A stretch of 64,000 nt of DNA from Phoronis australis (lineage: Eukaryota; Animalia; Phoronida), in contig NMRA01000877.1 in assembly GCA_002633005.1 (NCBI GenBank), positions 47,421 through 111,420 on the forward strand. Reading direction: 5' to 3'. Position numbers and translations under genes: made by a program. The notes beneath the pieces were generated by a model. It saw nothing but the letters and a program-made list of their open reading frames with translations. It made no database searches and had not been told where the DNA came from. Within the stretch, counting starts at the first letter, position 1, and every line of letters begins with the position of its first letter. Positions 50,801-61,315 of this stretch are shown piece after piece.

Positions 50801-53800
50801 AATGAAACAGCATCATTGATTCTGAGCGGTGGTTGCCCGCGCGAGATTCCCGCTAAAGTTTTCCTGACATAATATGGTGGATGTACAAGTAGAAGCATTT
50901 TACCTTTTCCATTTTTTAGAATTGTGACCATTTGACCATTTTTCCATGAAATTGTCTGAAGTGATACTTTTTTCACAAATCTGGACCTCAAAAACAACCT
51001 CCGCTTTTTTGGCAGATTCTTGCTAGCAGATGCGTATGTCAGGGTCACCACAGGATCGAATTCGAACCCTTGGTTACGTAACTCGGGCAGGGGATTGACG
51101 GGTCTCGGTCAATTTGAACTTATGAAAAGCGACGATATGCAAGTCGGTAGATTAGTTCAGTTTTTGACCGCCAGGTGACTCCTTATCTATTCAACATGGC
51201 GGTATTACTACCGAGTAACAGGAAATAGTGCGAGCAGAAATTTCACGATAAAAAACTAAAGGAACGGGGTAGGAGAAATTTCTGTGTATATTTGGAAAGA
51301 TAACATTGCGAGGAATCGAACAATACCAAAATCATTTGTCTAAGTCATTGTCGTCATATTGTAAACAATTACCATATCGGCGACTGATGTATTGAATGGA
51401 ATTTGTCAAGATGTCCGTGTCAATTTTTCGGCGGATTCCAGCACTGCACCTCCTAGCCAATTTGTTCATGACAACTTTCTTCTTTAGTGCTGTTGAGGGA
51501 AAATTTTGCTCAAGATATCTCGATAACACTGTACTTGTGGATTTCAATGGATCTTTACTTAGAGGTATATGATGACAATGCGCCGGTGTTTAATCGAGCT
51601 TTGTGTTGATTGGATAACAGCTGCACCTCATAGAAACAAATCGTCTGCGATGCTCCGCGTGCGCCTGTCAACGCCACAGCGTTGTTCATGTAAATGTGTA
51701 TATATACTGAAAATTACGCCAGCCTCTGCATAACGGACATTAATTCGGTTTGAACGAGGCGAGGGTCTCCATTGAGCGAGACAGTTAAATGGAAACAATC
51801 TGCATGTGGCATGGCGTCAAGGGAACGAGGACATTTACTCGAGGAATGACCGGTTTGACCGGGCTCTTGAGTGGTGTCATTATTTGGGCTTCGGAATGAA
51901 TATTTGTGAGGGTCATAGAATATATAACACGGCTTGTTTTGTAACAACAGTGCATGTGATTAATTCACATTTTTTGATTGACCAGAAAATCAGTTGCTTT
52001 CGTACCTCTGCAAAGGGTTATCGCCATACTGGCAATGGGCTAAAAGGACCTTACAGACGACGAACGAAAAGAGAGTGAATTTTTGTGTTTCAATAAAAAG
52101 AAATAAAACCAAGGATAATGCCATTACCTAAAGAAGACAGGTCCTTGAGGATAGGACGTGGTGGAGAAGTTTCCCGTATTTCTCAGGCTTTCGCACTAAA
52201 AGAGTCATGGAACGCAAAATCTCGACGGAATTGTCTTTTAACAACTTCCTGGAGGAAGTACCATTTTTCAACGTCTAATGCAGAGTAATTCATTTTCCCC
52301 TGGTAGAGAAAAAATCTCATCTCCATCCCACTTATGATAAATGTGCGCATGCGCTCAACTGTCACTCGGCAAACATCACTGATAAACAGATGTGTGCGTG
52401 GCTCGCTCGCTGGTTCCCTGCATGCCGCTAGGTGGGGCGGTAGCCACGCTAGCACACAGGTATCACTTAATTTTCCTGGGAAAATTTTTGTACAGCGGTG
52501 TTTCTGATTGGCATGAGTGATGAACTGAAGTGTAAATGTGGTCTGTTCTACAGACAAATCGGTGCTTAAAATTCATGTTCAAAAAAGTGAATCCTACAAT
52601 TTGTGGTTGCGCCTTTCCGGAGTGCATCTTTCTACTGTGTCCTGAATTCTACACTGTGTGAATAACACACCGGTTAATCGGGGCAGATATGTGCTTGTTG
52701 TACATGTATGTCCTTCAAGCACGCGGCTATTTAACATAGTGCAGAAACGAATTAGTTGCTGCGACGCCATTTGCATGACAAGGCTAAAAATCGTTCACAG
52801 TCCGCCATTTTTTCATGATGTTGTAAAGCTAACCAATGACTGCTGAGGTTACATCAACCAATGCTAAAGCGAGTGCCACTGCGTGATACCTGCGTGCCGG
52901 CTAGGCACGTAGGGGACCAGCGAGTATGTGTGGTAGCACTCCTTGGATGTGGTCGGCAACACAGTATGAGGCAAGCCAATAAAGCAAGCAATTTCCAGTG
53001 CATTTTAGAGTATATTTGAATAATACTTGATGACTAAATTTAAACAGTGAAGACTTGCATCAATTGCCAATTAATCGGTCAGGCTGTTACTTGAAAAAAC
53101 GTTTTGTTCGTATCAAATGTCATAGGTCACATTTTACAAATAAAGCAAACGAGCTACCTTTTGTGTCCTGCCACACCAAATAAGGAGACGTGTTGTAACT
53201 TGGAGAAAAATCGGAAAATTGTGCGATCAGTTGACAGATCGTATTTTGAAATTAAATTAAAAATGCTTTGATATCAATAGACATCATTCAAAGTGCTTAA
53301 GAACAAACCGGAAAAATAAAGGGTAGGCTGGTTGAATTGTGTTCCAGTGGCCGGCAAAGAGCTAACTTGAGTGTAACAGTTTATTTCGTTTTTCGTGTTT
53401 GAGGCTGGTTAATACGTGTACTGTGGTTAATATCTGAATAACTGTGAATGACCCACTTATGTTTTATTATTTAATTGCAGGGGTGTCAGCACACTAATCT
53501 GTCAATATGTTTACCTGACATGTTCGAAAGAATCCACGGCAACTACGCTTCCGTGTCGTCAGCAATATCATTGGGCTCGTTGTGTAACATTATTTTGATA
53601 CCTCTGGCACTTTTGTCGAGTCGGTTTCCGAACAGGTAACTTACATTCAGGTAGTAAACGTGTACTCATATTTGTGTACATGTACACTAAGCCGTGTACG
53701 GCCCAGCAACTGATCAGAATTCCGTTTAAATGACCAAATCGTAATAGTTAACTTCCAGTATGGAATACATGTTGCAATTCGTTGTTGGCCTTTTTCAAAT

Positions 53801-55924
53801 TCTCTAGTGTGATCCTTCTAAGTTACTTTGAGAAATCGAAAGTCTCTACCCATTGGGTTGATGCATCACGCCATCTACAACTGGTGATAATTGTAAAGTT
53901 ACTTGAAATAAAAAATAACCTTTGATGAATTAACGGTAGCTCATATGCGCGCAAAATAATATTACGTCTCTTATTCGACGCCATTTCCAACACTCCTCCA
54001 TTCGATTCTTGCGAAGTTGCTCTATCATTTACATGTACGCATCACGAGTGCTAACTTTCGGAGTCATGTAATGAGGAAGCTATCCTCTACTAAACCAGTG
54101 TAGAGCATCGACCTCACGCTCGTCGCTCGCTTTATACTTGAGCAGATAAAATCTAGTAGCCGATTCCACCTTTGACGCGGTTCAATAACATCAATTCATG
54201 TGCCGAAATACGCGTTCACTCTTTTCTGTTTCAGGTGTAACTTGATTATGGGTATTGGATGCATCATGGGCGGAATAGCTTACGTTCTACTGCCCTATAC
54301 CTTCTCAATGACCACGTTTGGAATCGTGTACTTCATCATCGCATGCTCTAATCAACTTCAGTTTGGATGTGAGTTCTGAATCCTAACATTAACTTGCTAT
54401 TTAATAATCCGAGAATTGATGGGTTCTGCCGCCACCTGGTTACGATTTTGCTGAGGCGTACATAACACTCACCACGTCAATCGTTTTCAATTACACGTGT
54501 TTGATTAATGCGTGTTTCTTCTAATCGGACATTTAATAACTACATGTATAGGCTATCTTTACGTTTGATACGACTGATACCGGGGTATACATGTAGGGCC
54601 CTCTTGGAAAGCAGTGCTATCACTGAAGAGGCCACCCTCATTTTAAATATCACAATAATAAGTAAATAAATAAGTAAATAGGCATCATACTGCTCAGCCG
54701 GTTCTTTACAACACAATAAGATAATCTTCTGGGTGTTGATATCCTAGCATCTATTCACTGTATACTTTTTATGTTTCAGTTATTAGTCCCGGAATATCTG
54801 CGATGTGGAAAGACAGGGCGGCATTTCCATTGCACGTCGTTTCACTTGGTTATGCATTTGGTCGGGCTGTAGCTCCATTGATCACCAAGTCTTTCATATC
54901 GCCTGACGTCAACGCGACACGTGTTAACGAGAGTTTCCATCTCACAGAGGCTACTAATGTGTCGAATTCATCAACAAAGGACCCGCTACCTACTAGTTAT
55001 ATAGAGGTCCCCTTTGCAATATTTGCCTGCTTTGTCGTCATAGTTGGTCTTTTGTTTCTATTTTTCGACATTCTCGAGAGAAGTTGCATTCCTGTTCCCG
55101 GATCCGATGTTAAAGAGGTTAGATCCCGACAGCAAGGACTGAAGGCGACAGTCTCTAATGCCCTTTCTCCAAAGAGTTGGGCTAGTGGAAATTTCAAATT
55201 TGGTTTATTGATGGCTATCGGCCTTTCGCTGTACTTTGCATGCGTCCGGGGACATGGCAGCTCCGTCCTCATTTGGGGATTTTCCTTCATCATTTCATCT
55301 GACCTAGGTTTCACAAGAGAGGTAGCTGCTTACCTTGTGTCTGTATCCAACTTTTTTGGATTAATTTCCCTCGTGCTTGGTACCTTGTGTAGTTACTGCA
55401 TTGACATAAATGTTATGATATTCACTGAGCTTATTGGTACAGCCATGTGCTTTGCTCTTTTGTCATTTTGTGTAACTTCTCAATTATCGCTGTGGTTTTA
55501 TTTGTGCGGATACAAGTTGATGTCTGGATCCATGTGGGCGACTGGTTACGCTTGGATCAACCAGTACATCAGTTTTACTGTTGGACTAAATTGCTGGGTC
55601 ACCTTAATTTCTTGTGCGATAGACATTGGTACGGATAATCTCGTTGGTTACCTCCTGCAACGTGTTAGCATGATATCCATGATGTATTTGTTACTTGGTT
55701 TGGCAACTCTAGGCTTGGCGGTGGTGATTGCCTCACAGGTATTTGCCCTTAAATATGGAAATCGATGTAAAAAGCAAGTTTGTGAAAGAAAAGTGAGTCA
55801 ACATGCAGATTCTCAAGTTGATAACAACGAATGTTTCATTACCGGAACTACTGTCACAGATCAACGTGACGACACGCATGCACAGTTGAGGGAGGCACAC
55901 GGCGAACGCGATTCGATGTTGTAA
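26728..55924 (+). CDS. Spliced MFS transporter gene, MFSD4/NaGLT1-like (FucP/FHS-related), 4 coding exons, about 526 aa
   Basis: Manual splice: 147+155+134+1145=1581 nt, all GT-AG introns, phases 0/2/1 join in frame. Protein reads ...VCKTLVMALAYFFM|GCQHTNLSICLPDMFERIHGNYASVSSAISLGS...SRFPN R|CNLIMGIG...QLQFG F|ISPGISAMWKDRAAFPLHVVSLGYAFGRAVAPLI..., matching the MFSD4-type pattern of TM1-5 and about 12 hydrophobic segments overall. Orthology not established. Confidence 0.82.
27091..27337. mobile_element. Harbinger/Tourist-like MITE relic
   Basis: Imperfect TIRs gggatccgttcgaagaaactg / cagttttcgtggaacggacgcc with AT-rich cttaag-containing interior. Confidence 0.5.
28986..30567 (+). mobile_element. 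Repeat family B, copy 2 (carries a MITE insertion at 29783-29924 and extra sequence near 30150-30330)
   Basis: Collinear with 1876-3211. Confidence 0.8.
29783..29924. mobile_element. CATGGG(C/T)GGCGC MITE inserted in repeat B
   Basis: TIRs catgggtggcgc / gcgccgcccatg; absent from repeat B copy 1 (about 2745); inverted relative at 32766-32916. Confidence 0.8.
31260..31423. mobile_element. CAGTGCTGTAGT-type MITE, possible 8-bp TSD cattggtc/cataggcc
   Basis: TIRs cagtgctgtagtgg / ccaccagagcactg; homologous to 25586-25716. Confidence 0.65.
31546..31670. mobile_element. hAT5-like MITE, perfect 5-bp TSD CACGG
   Basis: cacgg[catgggcgcaccc...gggtatgcccatg]cacgg. Confidence 0.8.
33431..34179. other. 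Assembly gap (749 N)
   Basis: N run; the left flank is a Kolobok-like terminus ttaa-aggagaatgcc (33414-33430) and the right flank ccccactttgagaaccagtg resembles a hAT end. Confidence 0.99.
35850..37407 (-). mobile_element. Kolobok-like element, main body of copy C (continues at 41799-41907 after the MULE-like insertion)
   Basis: Reverse-complement homolog of 11890-13290. Confidence 0.88.
37039..37339 (-). pseudogene. Complete but frameshifted C2CH THAP domain
   Basis: MPPLYCGVSVPACPNC...ISF/RLPQEPEML/WLAVVKNERYAINSKYEVVKLLSVCDRHFVDSDF...LPNIF*; all four Zn ligands and the conserved P and W are present; two 1-nt deletions relative to the 11957 copy. Confidence 0.82.
37438..37503 (+). repeat. 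Tandem repeat, 3 x 21 bp (gacctayattccgctgctgcc)
   Basis: Directly visible; overlaps the inner end of the left TIR. Confidence 0.95.
39350..39714. mobile_element. Transib-like foldback MITE (CAC..GTG ends, 5-bp TSD ATCAT)
   Basis: atcat[cacgggtga...tcacccgtg]atcat; arms of about 175 bp are near-perfect inverted repeats made of gaccgcc/ggac subrepeats. Confidence 0.85.
41799..41907 (-). mobile_element. Kolobok-like element copy C, 5' terminus with TTAA
   Basis: Reverse complement of 11789-11898; ends cgggtggcattctcct-ttaa. Confidence 0.9.
42491..43169 (+). repeat. Interspersed repeat family A, copy 2
   Basis: Collinear with 188-870 in the same orientation. Confidence 0.9.
42993..43060 (+). 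pseudogene. tRNA-derived segment (Pol III A/B boxes) inside repeat A; degenerate copy at 703-770
   Basis: A box tggtgcagtgg (43000-43010) and B box gttcgaatc (43044-43052) at tRNA spacing; no intact cloverleaf. Confidence 0.6.
45853..46084. mobile_element. CAG..GATCTA-type (hAT-like) MITE
   Basis: Imperfect TIRs cagaggtgggtcta / tagatctgccactg with G/C-run interior; TSD decayed. Confidence 0.6.
50036..50127. repeat. Small hairpin element
   Basis: caccaaatgaacgcccatgg / ccatgggcgtttcatttggtg inverted arms. Confidence 0.7.
50590..51373. mobile_element. Long-TIR non-autonomous DNA element (Merlin- or MULE-like), 784 bp, 8-bp TSD ATATCGGC
   Basis: atatcggc[ggtaattgtttacaatatgacgacaat...attgtcgtcatattgtaaacaattacc]atatcggc; TIRs about 180 bp; GG..CC termini. 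Confidence 0.88.
52450..52925 (+). repeat. Repeat family C, uninterrupted copy (empty site gctgag-gttacat-caacc)
   Basis: Matches 14100-14583 joined to 17649-17730. Confidence 0.85.
53481..53635 (+). CDS. MFS transporter coding exon 2
   Basis: Acceptor ttaattgcag, donor gtaact; open frame GCQHTNLSICLPDMFERIHGNYASVSSAISLGSLCNIILIPLALLSSRFPN(R). Confidence 0.85.
54235..54368 (+). CDS. MFS transporter coding exon 3
   Basis: Acceptor cttttctgtttcag, donor gtgagt; encodes CNLIMGIGCIMGGIAYVLLPYTFSMTTFGIVYFIIACSNQLQFG (TM3-4). Confidence 0.88.
54595..54680 (+). repeat. 3' tail of a retroposon (SINE/LINE) in MFS intron 3
   Basis: gggccctcttggaaag...gaagaggccaccctc followed by an A-rich (taaa)n-like tail. 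Confidence 0.45.
54780..55924 (+). CDS. MFS transporter coding exon 4 (terminal; contains the 373 aa ORF 54803..55924)
   Basis: Acceptor tttttatgtttcag at 54779; long ORF with about 8 TM segments and an N-glycosylation-rich loop (NAT, NES, NVS, NSS); stop TAA at 55922-55924. Confidence 0.92.
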
Positions 55925-56227
55925 ACAAGTGTACATGTTTGCGTGATCTTAACATCGTCGATTCTGTTCTGTCTTAGTTCTTGTCTTATTTTTCAGTGAC
56001 CCAAAATTAACGTATGGACGTACATGTAGGCCCTATTCATTTCGCCATTGGCGTATAGTGTGTGGTTATTCTATGATATCTAGAATATCCCCTAAAGTGC
56101 ATGATTTCGGGTTTTGCTGCGGGCTGAACCGTACCATGGGCATTTAATCGTACCAAGTGATCTGCTTGTGTCTGTAAGAACGCTTTTGTAGAAGCGGTTG
56201 AAGCAACTGCTGTGCTTAATACATGTC

Positions 56228-56233
56228 ATTAAA
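56228..56233 (+). promoter_or_regulatory. Candidate polyadenylation signal (ATTAAA) of the MFS gene; AATAAA alternatives near 56578 and 56597
   Basis: Hexamer about 300 nt after the stop codon, followed by T-rich sequence. Confidence 0.35.
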
Positions 56234-57080
56234 ACATGACTTCATTTCTTCCATTCGAGTCTTGGGTGTAATACACTTGTATACAAATTTTCTGCGTTAA
56301 TGCATAATTGGCCACCATACATCATTTACGCGTGCCTAGGCCTACCTTTCTGTCACTATCTTACGTCTTTGTTGTTTTTGATGGGACAGGGCATCCAGTA
56401 ACTAATGTCTTGTTTTCGTTTTGGTAGGCATGCAGCGCGAAATCTCCTACAAAAAGGTTTTCAACTGAACGTAGCAAATTGAATTCCTATCGATGCTAAC
56501 GTGAGAGTTATTCACTTTGGATATTGCAATCATTTCTAGCAAAACAGCCACAGTCACTATTTGTGAAGCACAGACGAAATAAAAAAAATTATACCTAATA
56601 AAATATGTGTGCTCTCAGGCCCGTAGCCGGGGGGGGGGGGTTGTTGGAGGTTCGATCGACATCGCAGAAAAGGCCCAGCTCCAGCCTATATTGGTTTAAG
56701 ATACGGATGAACAACAACAACAACATTTTTGCAGGTACTGGTTCAAACAACTACAATGAATAAGTAGCAGCGAGTCACACCTGATCAGTTAGACAGGTTT
56801 TGTGTTTCAACGTTACTTCCACTGCTCAAGCTAACTATTGAAATTTTACTAAAACTCAACTGCCGCCAGACCCAAAACTGGCGAAAAACAAACGGTATCC
56901 ATGGAAACGAAAGGGGGTGTTTGTCTGACAATATATGAAAAGAATCTGTGACATGCCGTTTATGACCTTCTTCCTGGTCCATCTGTGACAGGGCGTTAAT
57001 CACCCTCTGCCTGGTACAGTTGTGCGTCTGTGCATCCATACCACCACTGATTGTATTGTGCACTTGTCATTAAGCAACTT

Positions 57081-57464
57081 CCCAGTAAACATGCAGGTAC
57101 TGGGCGAATACTGGCCCTGAACTGTCTTCTGCATTGGCCCAATGATGTAGGCCATTACTGATCCAATAACAGTTTGCACACCTTCTCGGTATTGGGCGTG
57201 TATAAGATTGCGATATCGGGCCAGTAAAGGACCAGTACCACGCCATTACTTCGCCAGTACACTAAAAACCGTTTTGGCCCTATAAAGGGCCAGGATTGAC
57301 TGTGTTGGCCTAGTACAGGCCATTGGTGGGCTCATTCATATTAACCCAGTACACTGTATACTAACTACATAGGCGAACGTGCAGTGGTAGTCCAGTACAG
57401 TGCCAATATTGAACCACTTGGGTTGCCTTTATAGGCCCAATGCAGGAACATTAATGTTTGTGGG
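57081..57464. mobile_element. CCCAG(T/C)AAAC-type (EnSpm/CMC-like) element with subterminal tggccc/cagtac repeats
   Basis: Ends cccagtaaacat / atgtttgtggg; dense short subrepeats; a matching right end catgtttactggg also occurs at 63081-63093. Confidence 0.6.
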
Positions 57465-58880
57465 ATTAACAGCAGATTTGTTTTTTTTCAATGCTTCGGG
57501 TTTTTAACCCTACAACGTCCGCTTTCAACGGTGGTCATTTGAATCCTATTGCATGTGCAGCTGTGACTTACAAGAAGAAAATGCTCTTGTTCTTTAATAC
57601 TTTTATTACTATGAAACTGCTCAGGTAAAATACTTACAAAAATTATATAAAACTAACCAACTAATTATTTTTTACAAAACTGTTGCGGGCTTATTAGAGG
57701 ACTGGCAGCTTCAAACCTTCTTCGCACTCCCTCCCTGTCGACATCGTTTCGGAACATGGTGCCTCGTTTACTATAAAGCTTGCATTAGCGTTACTGTGCT
57801 CCTTGATCACAATCACTGAAATATAACAAATCCATGCTTAGTATCTTAGATATACATTTTCCAGATACGTTATGCATAAAAAATGCCTAAAGACACTTTA
57901 TCCTGTACGCGTGATGGTACGGCCATGAAATACTGGTCGTATTGCGAAGTTTTGTATGGAAGAACTGCTTTTCCGTTTTCAACGCACGTTGCATACGGAT
58001 GCCTCTCTTCTCACCAAAATTCCCTCCTGAGCACACGATACACAGCACTTAATAAAATATGATTTAGATAAAGCATCACTTTGGGTTCAGCTCCGAGCGC
58101 AATATTTTCGCATGCCAACACTATATGCGTTTTCAAACTAAACAAAAAAGTGAAATAAAAATATTGTTGACAACTTTTTCTTAATATACCGTGAAATTTT
58201 GCGCCTGAGCAGAACACTAAAATCAAAAAAAATTTCGAACTTGTACAAATATATTTGGATTAGGAAAGCAATATGAATTACCAATGTATGCCTCATTTTG
58301 GTCAACTATTGCACTACACCGGTTGAGGATATTTACCGTCAAATATGAGTTAATTTTTAAAATTGTTCTCAAAACAATCAAAATACATGTACGTCGAGCC
58401 CAAATGCAAAACTGCAACTGCAATAAATATTGTATTTTTGTATATTTAATGATCAATTTCGGAATACTTTCAACCTAAAAATGATCAGAACTGGGCGCAA
58501 GGAGCATCTTAAAAAGCGTCTGAACCGCGTGCGTCAGCAACAACGTCTGGGTGTCCTGCACAGATATTACTCGACGAAGTCAAGAAAAATCGTCAGAAAC
58601 TCCAAGATCGAAATGTAGATTCAGCGCAATCTCTGAGGAAAATATTGAAAATAGCAGAATCAGATGTGCACCCCAAGCCTTTAGCTGCTGTAAAATACAA
58701 CTTGGCTGATGTGTCATGGAGGCTAGAAAAATCGTTCATAAAAGTATTGCGTTCGCGTATACGGATCACGCGATCTGCGATCATCATTGGTAAAAGATCG
58801 AGAACGATATACAAAAACAAGCGGAACAACATGTGCAAACCCGCTTCTTTAAAGAATACTCAGTTGGGCGTATAGGATAA

Positions 58881-59044
58881 ATAGGTTATACAACGTACGT
58901 GTTTGTACCACCGTGTTATTATATCTCGATTCGTGATATGCAAAATTATTTGAACTCAGGCTTCACCCTATATCAAATACTCTTGCATATCACGAATCGA
59001 GATATAATAACCACCGGTAAAAACACGTACGTTGTATAACTTAT
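58881..59044. mobile_element. Palindromic (foldback) MITE
   Basis: ataggttatacaacgtacgtgtt...ttattatatctcgattcgtgatatgcaa mirrored by ttgcatatcacgaatcgagatataataa...aacacgtacgttgtataacttat; arms about 70 bp. Confidence 0.88.
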
Positions 59045-59335
59045 ATGTATACCATTCCAACACGAAACGTATTTGAAATGCATAATCTGCAAGATATGAA
59101 TGTTTCATCCTATGCTAACATATTAAGTATTACAGCTGGTTATAGGACTTCAGTTTCTTGCAATAAATATTTTCAGAAGCGTCTTTTTATTCACTCCATT
59201 TCTTCCCAAAATGTCTATTTCGTAACCATTTTAAAATTCCTAAACTACTCCACGATCTGTTACAAAACGTCTTATCAGCATCAGTTGAAGGTTTTGCTCT
59301 GTGTTCACGCACAATTGACACTGATATGACCTTAT

Positions 59336-59815
59336 CAACTTTGTCCTCAAGTCTCAAGGTGGCGTTGACCGGTTTAGCCATTTGAGGCTTGGTTATGGGA
59401 AATACTTTCTGCACAATGAGTGGCCGTTTCTTGACGTCATCCAACAAAGGCCGATGACAATTATTTTCACATTGCAGCCATTCATGCGACTGAAGGCATT
59501 GTTTTAGTTATTGTCTGCAATAAAGGTTGTACTTATTTTCAATTCTTATTTATGAATAGTATTAATCTGTTTTCGAATCAAAATACATCATTTTGCAATA
59601 ATTTAGACCTAAATTGCAACAATATACTATTAGTTTTTATTTCTATGTAAACCATTGGTTTTTATTTTTACAGTGTATATAAAATTGCAGACAATTTCGA
59701 AATTACTTGACATTCTGGCAATGTCTGTAAAAATTCTGACACATTTCATTTTCCATTACCAAGCCTCAAATAGCTCAACTGATCAGCGCCATCTTGAGGC
59801 TTGGAGACGAGGATG
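59336..59815. mobile_element. MITE with about 70-bp TIRs (CA.CCTCGT-type termini)
   Basis: caactttgtcctcaagtctcaaggtggcgttgaccgg...gaggcttggttatgggaaat versus the reverse complement of atttccattaccaagcctc...cttggagacgaggatg. Confidence 0.75.
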
Positions 59816-60709
59816 AGTGCCCCTTCTATCAAACGATGCCGCGCATGTACATGGTCAGCAATGTTGTCACAGATGTAAACACAGCAACAAACCCCGGAAT
59901 TTTTTAAGTTTCATAAGATCACCAATAGCATTGTTTTGGATTTTGATAATTGGGCATTGGGAGTTTCGTTGTGAAACAACTAAAATGAGATAGAACATGT
60001 AAAATGGACATATAAAAATTAGATGGAACTTCATAAACATCTTTAAAGCCCCACAGCGCAGTTTCTGATGTCGAATTCTAACTTAAGTAAAGCAAATTTC
60101 CATGTGAGAAACGGGTTGCAGAAGCAAATTTTCAAGTCCAATTCATCCCTAGAACAGCTATCTAAACCCAGTACTTACCTTATTTTATGGTGAAAGCCTT
60201 AAAAAGAGTTACGCAAGTAAACAAAAAGTTCAATCAAAGAGGACCCCCCCCAAGGTATGTGCCCTTAGGGCCTGTGTCTCAGCCTCGCAGTGTTCTCAAA
60301 TTTTCTATAATAGCAGGTGATTCGTGAAAACTTATGCTCAGGAGCTATTGCCAATTGCTTAGTGAGAAATATTCTTTCGTAATCATACTTTAAAAAGGGC
60401 AAATAGAGTCATGCTGTAGCGAAACTGGCAAATATAAACCAAAAACTTGAGTTTATCTGTTCCTTGATCACTACTGAGGTCACTCACTAGGCTACATAAT
60501 AAAATATAAATGTTGGTTTGCTCAGTATTTTCTATTCAAATGTTGCATGGAACTTAACGAAATCAACACCAAACAAATTTTCGAATACCATCTTTTACGG
60601 TGTCCAACTCTAGCGAGTTCGCAAAAAAATCTGCAGTCAAAGCACAAAAATGTTTCCAAAAAGCCGATGCGTATACAGTGTATTTAGTGTTAGGGTGAGC
60701 AAACCAATA

Positions 60710-61315
60710 AGGCGGAAATTCACCAAGAATGAAATTTTGTCATTTTTCTCATTATCACACTACGTGGTGGAAAAGTAAATGTATGCCAGTGAAATATTTA
60801 ATTTTTCTTCTTTCTTCTGGTATCCATTACAACATATTTGGGCATTAATGAGTACTTTTAGCAATTGAAGTAAAGCAAGCACTTCACACATTTTTCACTC
60901 ACCAGTAAATTCTTGTGACTTGCAGTAGGGGGTCAAACTGTCAGCTACTAAATGGCCGTTACTGAACCCATTTTAATGATACCATGTATTTATATCACAC
61001 TGCTAAACATTCTGTTTAAACCCTGAGTATACATTTTTTTTATTTTTTTCAACAAAAATAGGAGAAAATGTACATTTTCCACTTGATCTCACCATTTCCA
61101 TTTATGAACAGTTCTAAAAAGGTAACTTCGGTCATTTTTTCAAGAACCATATTTACCTTTCCAGGGTTAAAACTAAATTCGAACCGGATTGTTCAAATGT
61201 TCTTTACAGAACCAGTCAAAACATCCCTTAATAACAAAAAGTGGTCCAAACTGGTGAGATAATTTCATTCAAATAGTGTAGATTATTTTTAAAATTCAAT
61301 TTAACTTAAGATTTG
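60710..61315 (-). repeat. Repeat family D, copy 2 (inverted)
   Basis: Reverse complement aligns with 23165-23410 and 23520-23890. Confidence 0.7.

Noticed and set aside
51806-52078. 90-aa ORF as a THAP protein (W...SHF)
   Set aside because: Lacks the N-terminal Cys pair and the Cys before HF; similarity is too weak.
54997-55936. Antisense and alternate-frame ORFs (54997-55314, 55447-55638, 55733-55936)
   Set aside because: Shadows of the MFS coding exon with no independent evidence.
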